A stretch of 64,000 bases of DNA from Longimicrobiales bacterium (lineage in GTDB: Bacteria > Gemmatimonadota > Gemmatimonadetes > Longimicrobiales > Gaopeijiaceae): the NCBI GenBank assembly GCA_965203485.1, contig OZ241892.1, forward strand, positions 1,216,001-1,280,000. Reading direction: 5' to 3'. The first letter of the stretch is position 1, and every line of letters starts with the position of its first letter. Below, piece by piece: positions 17,992 to 27,131 of this stretch. The position numbers were made by a program, and so were the translations under genes. A model generated the notes under the pieces. That model saw only the letters and a list, made by a program, of their open reading frames with translations, did not search any database and was not told the origin of the DNA.

Positions 17992-19824
17992 ATGAGGCTT
18001 GAAGCAGTGGGCAGAGCGGCCGCGGCGGGACGCGATGCCGCAGCGAGGTTCCCCGAAGTGATGGTCTGCGCCGTGGCGGCCGCGGCCGGCGGCGTCTTCG
18101 GCGTCGACGGAGGCGACCAGAAGTGGTTGCAGCTCCTCTCCTCGTCCAGCTTGGGGCTCCCGCTCTTCACGGGGCTGGTTCTGGCCGTGGAGCGGTACGG
18201 CTGGTCCGTCCGGACGCGGGCGCTCGCGGACACGGCCGCGGCGGCGCTGCTCGCGACGCTGTTCTTCTACTTCGGACGACTGGAAGAGAACGGCTGGGCG
18301 CTGCGGTACGTGCACCTCTCGGCCACGTTCCACATGGCCGTGGCGATCGTGCCCTACCTGGGCGCGCGCGAGCCGTGGGGCTTCTGGCAGTACAACCGGT
18401 CGCTGTTCTTCCGCTTCGTGACGGCGGTGGTCTTTTCCGGCGCGCTCTTCGCCGGGTTGGCCTTGGCCCTTGCGGCCGTCGACAACCTGCTGGGCCTGGC
18501 AGTGCCGGAGATCGCCTACGCCAGGCTGTTCTTCGTCGTCGCTCTCGTGCTCCACCCCCTGATCTTCCTGGCGGGCGTCCCTTCGGACTTCGCTCGCCTG
18601 GACGCAGCCCGCGACTATCCGGCGGGACTGCGCGTGTTCTCGCAGCATGTCCTGTTGCCGCTCGTGGCCTTGTACGTTGCGATACTGTTGGCGTACATGG
18701 GCAAGATCCTGGTCACCGGCGTCTGGCCCAGCGGTTGGATCAGCTACTTGGTGTCGGCCTTGGCGGTGGTGGGAATCTTCTCGCTCCTCATGGTGCATCC
18801 GGAGCGGATGCGCGCGGAGCGCAGCTGGATCGACCACTATGCGCTGGCCTTCTGGATCGCGATCCTGCCTTCGGCGGGGATGGTGGGGATGGCGCTGTGG
18901 TTGCGCGTCGAGCAGTACGGCATCACGGAGAGGCGCTACGCGCTGGGCTTGCTGGCGGCTTGGCTGGCAGGAGCGGCCGTGCACCGCGTGGCGACGCGCA
19001 CCCGCGACGTCAAGTCCATTCCGCTCGTGCTGACGATTCTGGGCGCGGCGTCCTTCATGGGGCCGTGGTCCGTGTACGCCGTGGCGGAACGCAGCCAAGT
19101 CGGGCGTCTCGAACGGATCTTGAGCGAGCACGGCGTCTTGGACGAATCGACGCTGTCCTCGTCGACCGTCGAGATCCCCTTCGAGGAATGGCGGCAGGTG
19201 GAGGAAGGTGTGGCGTATCTGTTCGACTACCACGGAACGGAGATAATCGACGCGTGGTCCGGCGGCGTCCGGCAGGCGGTCGGCATCGTGCCCGCCGAAG
19301 ACGACAGCACGCGACGCGCGCGGATTGCCCGGACGGTTGCGCGGCTGGGCGTTCGGCCCGCCCCGAGCGGACGGCCAGTCGAGTTCAGGCCCCAGAGCCC
19401 CGCCGCCGCCGTGCCTGCGGACGGCTATGAATTCTTGGCGGCCCACTGGCAAGCGGGCGAGGCGTTCGTCGCCCGCGCCGGCGCCCCGGAAGCGGCCGAG
19501 TCCCTCCGCTTCCGCTTGGCGGACGACGGTCGCGCGATTGTCATGACGGTGGGGGACGACGAATCGAGCGCCTCGTTGAGCCACCTGCTCGAACTGGCGG
19601 CGGCTCCACCCGGAGCGGGCAGCGGGGACAGCGGCGCCGAAGCGGAGAGGATCGATTTGCCGGCCCAGGCCATGACGTTGGACGTGGCGGGTCCGGTGTT
19701 CGACGCCCGGATCGTGTTGGAACGGTTGCGCGTCGAGCAGGGCGAGGCGGGGCGGTCGGCCACCGAGTTCGCCGTCGAGGCGGTCTTGTTGCGCCGGCCG
19801 CCCGGCGGGCCTTCCGAGCCGTAG
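17992..19824 (+). CDS. DUF4153-like polytopic membrane protein
   Basis: Many TM segments; FWQYN, LLPLV.LY..IL.AY..KI, RV.QYGITE.RY, SQ..RL motifs. Confidence 0.8.
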   Translation: MRLEAVGRAAAAGRDAAARFPEVMVCAVAAAAGGVFGVDGGDQKWLQLLSSSSLGLPLFTGLVLAVERYGWSVRTRALADTAAAALLATLFFYFGRLEENGWALRYVHLSATFHMAVAIVPYLGAREPWGFWQYNRSLFFRFVTAVVFSGALFAGLALALAAVDNLLGLAVPEIAYARLFFVVALVLHPLIFLAGVPSDFARLDAARDYPAGLRVFSQHVLLPLVALYVAILLAYMGKILVTGVWPSGWISYLVSALAVVGIFSLLMVHPERMRAERSWIDHYALAFWIAILPSAGMVGMALWLRVEQYGITERRYALGLLAAWLAGAAVHRVATRTRDVKSIPLVLTILGAASFMGPWSVYAVAERSQVGRLERILSEHGVLDESTLSSSTVEIPFEEWRQVEEGVAYLFDYHGTEIIDAWSGGVRQAVGIVPAEDDSTRRARIARTVARLGVRPAPSGRPVEFRPQSPAAAVPADGYEFLAAHWQAGEAFVARAGAPEAAESLRFRLADDGRAIVMTVGDDESSASLSHLLELAAAPPGAGSGDSGAEAERIDLPAQAMTLDVAGPVFDARIVLERLRVEQGEAGRSATEFAVEAVLLRRPPGGPSEP

Positions 19825-20006
19825 GCCGCAGGGCGGCGGATTCGGCCGCGCGGTCCCCGGCGGCGGTGCGTCCCGGGGGCTGGCCGGTCCGGATCCGCCG
19901 CCTCGATGCGCCGGGCGGGGCAGGCTCGGCGGGGCGCCCGGGGCCGGCCTCGCCGAGCGGGGCCCCCGCGCGCTGCTGGAGCCGGGCGTTGGGTTAGCTT
20001 GTCGGC

Positions 20007-21425
20007 ATGAGCGCTCCCGGCTGGATGTCCGTGTTGCCCCCGTTGCTGGCGATCGGGCTCGCCATCGCCTCAAGGCAGGTCTACCTGTCGTTGGCCGGGG
20101 GGATCTGGCTCGGATGGTCGATTCTCCACGACTGGAACTTCGCTTCGGGGCTGGCGGAGACGGTGGAGGCGACCGTTCGCGTGCTGGCCTCGCCCGGCGA
20201 CGCCAAGGTCATCATGTTCACGCTGGTCATGGGCGCGCTGATCGCGACCCTGGGATCGTCGGGAGGCGTTGCGGGCTTCGTCGCCTGGCTGGAGCGCAAC
20301 CGCTGGGTCACCAACGGACGCCGGGCGCAGCTTCTGGCGTGGGTCGCCGGCGTCGTGATCTTCATCGAATCCAACATCACCGTGCTGGTGGCGGGCTCCG
20401 TCGCCCGCCCGCTCTTCGACCGCTTCCGCGTCTCGCGCGAGAAGCTGGCCTACCTGATCGATTCGACCAGCGCGCCGATCTGCATCCTCGTCCCGCTCAA
20501 CGCGTGGGGCGCCTACAACCTGCGCTTGCTGGCCGGAGAGGGGATCGGCGACTCGGCCGCCTGGATGCTGCTGCTCAAGTCCATCCTGTTCAACTTCTAC
20601 TCCTTCGCGGCGGTGGTCCTTGCCCTGGCCGTCGCCCTGTTTCGGCTGAACTGGGGCCCGATGAAGCGCGCCGAAGCGCGCGCCTCGCGAGGCGAGGTGC
20701 TGCGCCCCGGGGCGACGCCGATGATGGACGAGGAGGTCCTGGGCGGCTCCGGCGATCCCGCCGTTCGGCCCAGGGCCGCCAACATGATCGTGCCCATCGC
20801 CGTGCTGGTGGCGCTCATGCCGGCCGGACTGTGGGCGACCGGCGACGGCGATCTGCGGGCGGGCGACGGCTCCACGGCGGTGCTGTGGGCGTCGCTGGGC
20901 GCGCTGGCGTCGGCGTGGCTGCTGCTGCTCGCGCAACGGGCGAGCACGGTGGACAAGCTGGTGCGAACGGCCCTGAAGGGAGCGGGCGGTTTGGTGCCGC
21001 TGGCGCTCATCCTGGTGCTGGCCCTCGCGCTCAAGGAAGTTGCGAACGAACTGGGAACGGGGGCCTACGTCGCGGGGGTGGCCGAGGGCGCTCTTCCGCC
21101 GGCGGTGTTCCTGCCGCTGGTGTTCGCGGTGTCGTCGGCCGTGGCGTTCTCGATCGGGTCGAGCTGGGGCACTTTTGCGATCATGATCCCGATTGCGGTC
21201 CCGGCGGCCGGCATGATGGACCTCCCGCCGGCGCCGTTCCTCGCCGCGGCGCTGTCCGGCGGCATCTTCGGCGACCACTGCTCGCCCGTGAGCGACACGA
21301 CGATCGTATCTTCCATGGCGTCGGCCACCGATCACGTGGACCATGTGCGGACGCAGCTGCCCTACGCGTTGGCGGGGGGCGCGGCGGCGACCGCGTGCTT
21401 CGCCTTGACCGGGGCGCTCCTCTAG
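20007..21425 (+). CDS. Na+/H+ antiporter NhaC family protein
   Basis: SVLPPLLAI, SREKLAYLIDSTSAP, GSSWGTF, GDHCSPVSDTT, HV.TQLPYA. Confidence 0.92.
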   Translation: MSAPGWMSVLPPLLAIGLAIASRQVYLSLAGGIWLGWSILHDWNFASGLAETVEATVRVLASPGDAKVIMFTLVMGALIATLGSSGGVAGFVAWLERNRWVTNGRRAQLLAWVAGVVIFIESNITVLVAGSVARPLFDRFRVSREKLAYLIDSTSAPICILVPLNAWGAYNLRLLAGEGIGDSAAWMLLLKSILFNFYSFAAVVLALAVALFRLNWGPMKRAEARASRGEVLRPGATPMMDEEVLGGSGDPAVRPRAANMIVPIAVLVALMPAGLWATGDGDLRAGDGSTAVLWASLGALASAWLLLLAQRASTVDKLVRTALKGAGGLVPLALILVLALALKEVANELGTGAYVAGVAEGALPPAVFLPLVFAVSSAVAFSIGSSWGTFAIMIPIAVPAAGMMDLPPAPFLAAALSGGIFGDHCSPVSDTTIVSSMASATDHVDHVRTQLPYALAGGAAATACFALTGALL

Positions 21426-21455
21426 GGCTGGCCGGGCCGGAACGAAGACCGCCGA

Positions 21456-22205
21456 ATGAAGATCGCCGTCTGCGTCAAGCGCGTGCCCGACACGGGGGCG
21501 CGAATTCGCGTCGCCGGCACGGGCGACTCGATCGAGATCGACGGCGTCAAGCACGTCATGAGCCCGTACGACGAGTTTGCCGTGGAAGCGGCGCTCCAGC
21601 TTGCGGAGGAGGCGGGCGGGGGCGAGGTCTCACTGCTGGCGTACGGACCTCCGGCGGCGCAGGAAGTCCTGCGGGCGGGGCTGGCCTTGGGCGCCCATCG
21701 GGGAGCGCTGCTGACGGGCGAGCCCAGCATGGACGGCTGGGCCACCGCGCAGGTGCTGGCGGCGGAGCTGGGCGGCTGGGACGCGAGCCTCGTCCTGTTC
21801 GGCGTCAAGGCGGTCGACAGCGATCAGCAGCAAGTCGGTCCGATGGTGGCGGAACTGCTCGGCCGGCCTTGCGCCACTGCCGTGACCTCGATGGAAGCGG
21901 CGGACGGGGTGGCGACGTGCCGCAGGGTGGTCGAAGGGGGCCAGCAAGTGGTGGAGATGAGCCTGCCGGCGGTCGCCACCGTCACGAAGGGCAAGTACGA
22001 GCCCCGCTACGCGTCGTTGCGCGGGATCATGGCCGCCAAGCGGAAGCCCTTGGAGCAGAAGGCGGCCGCGAACGCCGAGAGCGGAACCGAGATCGAGTCG
22101 CTCGCCTACCCGCCGAACCGGCCTCCAGGACGAATTCTGGGCGAGGGCCCCGCCGCCGCCGCCGAGCTGGTGCGGCTCTTGCGCCACGAAGACAAAGTGA
22201 TCTAG
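21456..22205 (+). CDS. etfB: Electron transfer flavoprotein beta subunit
   Basis: MKIAVCVKRVPD, PYDEFAVEAAL, G.KAVD.D..QVG, EPRYASL.GIM.AK.K. Confidence 0.96.
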   Translation: MKIAVCVKRVPDTGARIRVAGTGDSIEIDGVKHVMSPYDEFAVEAALQLAEEAGGGEVSLLAYGPPAAQEVLRAGLALGAHRGALLTGEPSMDGWATAQVLAAELGGWDASLVLFGVKAVDSDQQQVGPMVAELLGRPCATAVTSMEAADGVATCRRVVEGGQQVVEMSLPAVATVTKGKYEPRYASLRGIMAAKRKPLEQKAAANAESGTEIESLAYPPNRPPGRILGEGPAAAAELVRLLRHEDKVI

Positions 22206-22207
22206 GC

Positions 22208-23221
22208 ATGAACGCGAACCCGGGGGGCGGAGGAGAGCGGGGAGGCGCGATGGCCGTCGTGGAAGTGACCCCGGACGGCGTGCGGGGCACGTCGCGGGAG
22301 GTCGTGTCGGTCGCCCGGGCCTTGGCGGACACGTGGGCGGCGCCGGTGGCGGCGATTGCAGTGGGAGAACCCGGCGGCGCCGAGACGGCCGCGGAACTCG
22401 GCGAATGGGGCGCCGACCGGATCGTTGGAGTCGAGCGCGAGGGGTTCGGATCGGCGGGACCGGGCGCGCACGCGTCCGCAGTGGCGGGCGTGGCGCTGGA
22501 TGACGGCTTTGCGGCGGTGTTGTTCTCCGCCACGCCCACGGGGAGGGACTTGGCGCCGCGAGTGGCGGCCAAGCTGGCGTGTCCGCTTCTCACGGACGTC
22601 ACGGGGCTGGAAGTGGACGGAGAAGACGTGTACGCCACCCGCCCCGTCTACGCCGGAAAGGCTCTGGCGCGCGTGCGTTGCCGCGGCCCCCACCTGCTCG
22701 CGTCGCTGCGGCCGAACGCGTCTTCGCCGGTCGCTTGCCCCAGGCAACCCGTGGTCGAAGTTCGGCCGCCGGGCCCGGACGCGGTGGAGACGGGCTACCG
22801 CGTGATCGGATTCGAGGCCTCTGGCGGAGCCGCCGTCGACGTCTCCGAGGCGTCCGTCGTCGTGTCGGGCGGACGCGGGATGAAGGGGCCGGAGAACTGG
22901 GGCGTGCTGGAAGACCTGCGCGACGCCCTGGGCGAGGGCGCCGCGCTGGGCGCGTCGCGTGCCGTGGTGGACGCGGGCTGGCGTCCTCACGCCGAGCAGG
23001 TGGGGCAGACCGGCAAGACGGTGACGCCCGACCTGTACTTCGCCGTCGGCATCTCCGGGGCAGTCCAGCACTTGGCCGGGATGCGCACCGCGAAGCTGAT
23101 CGTCGCGGTGAACGCGGATCCCGACGCCCCCATCTTCAGCGTCGCCGACTACGGCATCGTCGGCGACCTGTTCGAGGTCGTTCCCGCGATTGCGGAAGCC
23201 GTCCGCAGACTCAAGGAGTAG
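22208..23221 (+). CDS. etfA: Electron transfer flavoprotein alpha subunit
   Basis: [50 protein letters not shown]. Confidence 0.96.
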   Translation: MNANPGGGGERGGAMAVVEVTPDGVRGTSREVVSVARALADTWAAPVAAIAVGEPGGAETAAELGEWGADRIVGVEREGFGSAGPGAHASAVAGVALDDGFAAVLFSATPTGRDLAPRVAAKLACPLLTDVTGLEVDGEDVYATRPVYAGKALARVRCRGPHLLASLRPNASSPVACPRQPVVEVRPPGPDAVETGYRVIGFEASGGAAVDVSEASVVVSGGRGMKGPENWGVLEDLRDALGEGAALGASRAVVDAGWRPHAEQVGQTGKTVTPDLYFAVGISGAVQHLAGMRTAKLIVAVNADPDAPIFSVADYGIVGDLFEVVPAIAEAVRRLKE

Positions 23222-23274
23222 CCGGGCCGGGCGCGAGCAGGCGGGGCCGTGCACCGCTGGAAGCCGGCAGGGCC

Positions 23275-23871
23275 TCAGTTGCGGGGCGGCGGGCCCATCA
23301 GCGCCACCGGGTCGACCTCGCGGCCCCATCTCCACACTTCGAAGTGCAGGTGCGGGCCGGTAGCCGCCCCGGACTGTCCGCTCAGGCCGATGACAGTATT
23401 CTGGTCGACCTCCTGACCGGCGGCCACCGACACGTCGGACAGGTGGGCGTAGACGGAGAGCAGGTCGTCGTTGTGATCCACCCAGATGACTTGGCCGTAG
23501 CCGCTCATCGGTCCGGCGAAGCGCACGCGGCCGGCGAGCAGCGGCCGCACGGGCGTGCCCACGTCCGCGGCCACGTCGACTCCCCGGTGCATGTCCGGCA
23601 GGGCGCCCTCCATGCGCAAGCCGTAGGGCGACGTGAGACGTCCGCCCAGAGGCCACTGCGGCGTCTGGCAAGAGGCGAGCAAGGCGGCCAATCCCGCTAT
23701 GCAGGCCGACAGCCCGCGCGCAGCCGCGGCACGTCGGTCCCGGCGACGACGAGCGGCTTGCCGACGGCGCGGCCTGCGCACGTCGGCGGCTTGCGCCGCA
23801 TGCCTTTTCGCCACGTCCGCGCTGCGCGGCGCCGGCCCAAGCGCCGTCCGCCCCCGCGCGACGGCGGTCAC
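23275..23871 (-). CDS. M23 family metallopeptidase (lipoprotein)
   Basis: HRGVD, YAHL, TGPHLHFEV; lipobox LLAS-C; start uncertain (GTGA overlap with moeA). Confidence 0.88.
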   Translation of the reverse strand: MTAVARGRTALGPAPRSADVAKRHAAQAADVRRPRRRQAARRRRDRRAAAARGLSACIAGLAALLASCQTPQWPLGGRLTSPYGLRMEGALPDMHRGVDVAADVGTPVRPLLAGRVRFAGPMSGYGQVIWVDHNDDLLSVYAHLSDVSVAAGQEVDQNTVIGLSGQSGAATGPHLHFEVWRWGREVDPVALMGPPPRN

Positions 23872-25247
23872 CGCCGCGCTCCGGCGAGCAGCATCACCCG
23901 GGCCCGGCGGCCGCGCTCGATCCCCTCGGTTCCCTCCGGAACCACGGCCAGCGCGTCGGCGTCGAGAAGCGAGCGCACCAAGCCGCTCCCTTGCGGCCCC
24001 GAGAGCCGGCACCGCGGTTCGTCTTCGCGTAGGCCGCGATCGAGCCGCACCCGCAGGAAGTGCGTCGCGCGGCCTCCGCCCGCGAGATCGTCGTCGGTCG
24101 TCGCCAGGGCGAACCGTCCGCCGGGGTCGGCCGATCCGAGGAGCGCGCGCAGGTAAGGGGCGACCAGCACATGGAAGGCGACGAACGCGGAGGCGGGGTT
24201 CCCCGGCAGTCCGAAAACGGGGACAGGCCGCCCGCCCCGCGGCAGCGATCCAAAGGATACGGGGCTGCCGGGACGCATCCGGACGCGCCAGAAGCGAAGA
24301 CGAAGGCCCGCGCGGGCCAACGCCCGCTTGACGAGGTCCCTCTCGCCCATGGAGGCGCCCCCCGTCACGACGAGCGCGTCCAAGTCGCCCAGCCTCTCCA
24401 GCTTGCTCCGGATGTCGTCCACGTCGTCCGCGACGATCCCGAGGTCGACGGCAACGGCGCCCGCCTCCCCGACCCCCGCCGCGAGCATCGCCCGGTTGGT
24501 GTCGGGCGTTGCGCGCCCCGCCGCCACCTCGTCGAAGCGCTCGGTCCCCGCCAGTTCGCTCCCGCTCGACAGCACGCCGACGCGCGGCCGCCGATGCACC
24601 GAGACCGCCGAGGCGCCGCAGGCGAGCAGCACGGCGAGAGAACCCGAGTGCACGACCGAGCCCGCCGGCGCCGCTTCCCGGCCGGCCCGCAAGTCCTGGC
24701 CCGCCCTCCGCACGTGCCGTCCCAGGTCGTCCGCGCGGTGCAGCGCGACGACTCCCTCCTCCTCTTCTCCGTCGGTGTGCTCGACCCGCACGACCGAATC
24801 GAATCCGGTCGGCACGGGCGCTCCCGTCATGATTCGCACCGCCGACCCTTCCGGCACGTTCTCGAGCGGAGCGTCGCCCGGATACGCGCGTCCCGCCACG
24901 GGCAACCGAACGCCGGCGTCCGCGGGCTGTCTCGCGTCGCCCGCCCGCCCGCCGCCGGCGTCCGCGCCCCCGCCAGCCCGGCCGTCGATCACCGGCGCGC
25001 CCGCGCCTGAGCGTCGCCCGGCCGCTCTCGCCGTCACGTCCGCGCTGCGCACGGCGAAGCCGTCCATGGCGCTGTTGTCCCACGCGGGCAGCGTGGCGCG
25101 GGCGCGCACGCCTTCCGCGAGAGAACGGCCCAGCGAATTGTCCAGGGCCACGCGCTCCGCCGGCAACGGAACGGCGTCGGCGAGGATCCGCCGCAACGCT
25201 TCGTCGTAGGACAGCCAGTCGGCCCGAGCGCGCTCGAAGTCGGCCAA
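23868..25247 (-). CDS. moeA: Molybdopterin molybdotransferase
   Basis: DNSAMDGFAV, RIMTGAPVP.G.D.VV..E, SSGSEL, TGGASMGERD, GLPGNP.SA. Confidence 0.95.
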   Translation of the reverse strand: MADFERARADWLSYDEALRRILADAVPLPAERVALDNSLGRSLAEGVRARATLPAWDNSAMDGFAVRSADVTARAAGRRSGAGAPVIDGRAGGGADAGGGRAGDARQPADAGVRLPVAGRAYPGDAPLENVPEGSAVRIMTGAPVPTGFDSVVRVEHTDGEEEEGVVALHRADDLGRHVRRAGQDLRAGREAAPAGSVVHSGSLAVLLACGASAVSVHRRPRVGVLSSGSELAGTERFDEVAAGRATPDTNRAMLAAGVGEAGAVAVDLGIVADDVDDIRSKLERLGDLDALVVTGGASMGERDLVKRALARAGLRLRFWRVRMRPGSPVSFGSLPRGGRPVPVFGLPGNPASAFVAFHVLVAPYLRALLGSADPGGRFALATTDDDLAGGGRATHFLRVRLDRGLREDEPRCRLSGPQGSGLVRSLLDADALAVVPEGTEGIERGRRARVMLLAGARR

Positions 25248-25265
25248 TGCGCCCTTCGCCCGGGG

Positions 25266-25955
25266 TCAGAAGCGCAGCGACAAGCCTGCGGACACGCCGA
25301 GACCGGCGACCCACTCGCGCGGCTCGACTGCGCCGTCGTACTTGTCCGGCTCGTGGAACCCGGAAGGCGTTCGGAGGCGCCAGAACAAGGCTTCGCCGTC
25401 GATCCGCAACATGAGGCGCTGACCCAGCGCAAGCCGAAGCCCCGTCCCCGCAGACGTCGTGAACGCGGTGCCGAAGCTGTAGCGGTCCTGAGGATCGAGC
25501 GAACCGTCGAGTTCGCCCGCTTCGGACGCGTCGTAGGCCAGACCCGCGGAGGCGAACAGGTAAGGACTCAGGCGGCGCCAAGTCCTGCGGCCGGTCACGC
25601 TGAACCCCATCCTGACGCTCGCCATCAGCATTTGAACGTCGTCGGCGCCGATCGCCCGGTCGCCTTCCGGGCGCCGGGGGTCGATCACCCGGCGAGTGCC
25701 CGGCGCATAGCCGGCCAGTCCCTCGAAGAACAGCGGTCCGCTCGCCTCGATCGAGTACCGCCCGCTCGCCGCCCAGCTCAGTTGCGGCCCGAGGTCCAGC
25801 GAGCCCCGGCCGAAGGAATACGCGACGCCCGCCACGCCGGCCTCCTGTCCGTGCTCGATGCTTCGGTACGACGAGGGCACGACCTGGGCCGCCGCCGGCG
25901 CCACGGCGAACGCCGCGACGGAGGCGGCCGACCGGACGAGGAAAGCGCGAGACAT
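25266..25955 (-). CDS. Hypothetical outer-membrane beta-barrel protein
   Basis: Signal peptide ending AAA-Q; amphipathic strands; C-terminal LSLRF. Confidence 0.7.
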   Translation of the reverse strand: MSRAFLVRSAASVAAFAVAPAAAQVVPSSYRSIEHGQEAGVAGVAYSFGRGSLDLGPQLSWAASGRYSIEASGPLFFEGLAGYAPGTRRVIDPRRPEGDRAIGADDVQMLMASVRMGFSVTGRRTWRRLSPYLFASAGLAYDASEAGELDGSLDPQDRYSFGTAFTTSAGTGLRLALGQRLMLRIDGEALFWRLRTPSGFHEPDKYDGAVEPREWVAGLGVSAGLSLRF

Positions 25956-26053
25956 GGCCTGCAATCTAATCTCGATTGCGTCTGCGCGTTATCTTTCGGC
26001 CTCCGGCGCACTGCAAGGCGGCCAAAGTCCTACATGGCGAAGGGAGTCCCGGA

Positions 26054-26827
26054 TTGTCGATCCGCTGTTCGACCTGCGGCGAGGCGCTTCGCGTCGGCGA
26101 GGATCGATGTCCAACCTGCGGGTCGGTCGTGAGCAGGCGTCCGCTTCCGTCCCGGCGGTCCGACGCGCGGCAATGCATGCGATGCGGGTTCGTGGGCGAG
26201 CCCGTCTTGTACTTCCGCAAGGGAAGCCATCGGGCGATCCTCGTCGCGGCGAGCCTGTGCACGTACGGCGTCGGCGGATTGGCGTACTACTTGGCCCGGC
26301 GCAAGCACCCGGTTTGTCCCGCGTGCGGAATCGGCTGGGAACATTCCCGTGACGTGGCCGGCAGAGAGGCGCTCGTGCGGACCGAAGGCGCGGACGCTCG
26401 GCCTCCCTTGGGGGGTGCGGCGCGCAGGATCGCGGGAACCGTGCTGGCGGCCCTGGGAACGGCCTTGATCGTCGGAGCCGTGGTCACGCAGGACTTCGAG
26501 GTGATCGTGCCCGGTTCCATGATCGGGCTGGCGGGTTCCGGCTTGCTCTTGTCCGGATGGCGCGCTCTCCAGAGGCGGCGCCAAACCGCATTCAACCGGC
26601 TTGCGCGCAAGGTGCTGATGCTGGCGCACCAAGGCGCCGGGGTCGTGACCGTCACCGAAGTCGCCACGGAGCTCAACTTGTCGATGACCGCCGCCGAGAG
26701 GCTCTTGGAGGCGATGGACGACGGCCTGCGCGTCAAGTCGGAAGTCAGCCAAGAAGGCATCATCTACTACGAGTTTCCGGAGGTCAGGCACGGCGCCAAG
26801 CTTCGCGAGCTGAAGCCGCTCGTCTGA
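26054..26827 (+). CDS. Zinc-ribbon / transmembrane / winged-helix-like hypothetical protein
   Basis: AGGGAG SD plus TTG; CxxC pairs CSTC/CPTC and CMRC/CPAC; TM hairpins; C-terminal VTVTEVA...AERLLE...GIIYYEFPE. Confidence 0.7.
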   Translation: MSIRCSTCGEALRVGEDRCPTCGSVVSRRPLPSRRSDARQCMRCGFVGEPVLYFRKGSHRAILVAASLCTYGVGGLAYYLARRKHPVCPACGIGWEHSRDVAGREALVRTEGADARPPLGGAARRIAGTVLAALGTALIVGAVVTQDFEVIVPGSMIGLAGSGLLLSGWRALQRRRQTAFNRLARKVLMLAHQGAGVVTVTEVATELNLSMTAAERLLEAMDDGLRVKSEVSQEGIIYYEFPEVRHGAKLRELKPLV

Positions 26828-26858
26828 CGCGCGGACTTACCCCGCTGGAGGACGGCTC

Positions 26859-27131
26859 ATGAGAACGTTCACGGACGAAGAGGGCGCTCGCTGGAACGCG
26901 TCGGTCGCGCGCCGGGCGGGCGGCGACTACAAGGGACGGTACTGCTTGGCCATGGAAGTCGCCGGCAACCCCGGCCGCCGGGTCGAACTCTTCGACGTGC
27001 GTTGGAACTCCCGGCGCACAGGCGAACGGACTCTCGCGACCATGTCGGACGTCGAGCTTCGGCGCCGGTTGCGTGCCGCCTTGGGGAGGGCCGCGGGGCC
27101 GCGGCCGCTTCCGGAGGCCGCCGGCGGTTGA
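26859..27131 (+). CDS. Small hypothetical protein
   Basis: GGAGG SD; MRTFTDEEG..W start; TTGA overlap with next gene. Confidence 0.7.
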   Translation: MRTFTDEEGARWNASVARRAGGDYKGRYCLAMEVAGNPGRRVELFDVRWNSRRTGERTLATMSDVELRRRLRAALGRAAGPRPLPEAAGG

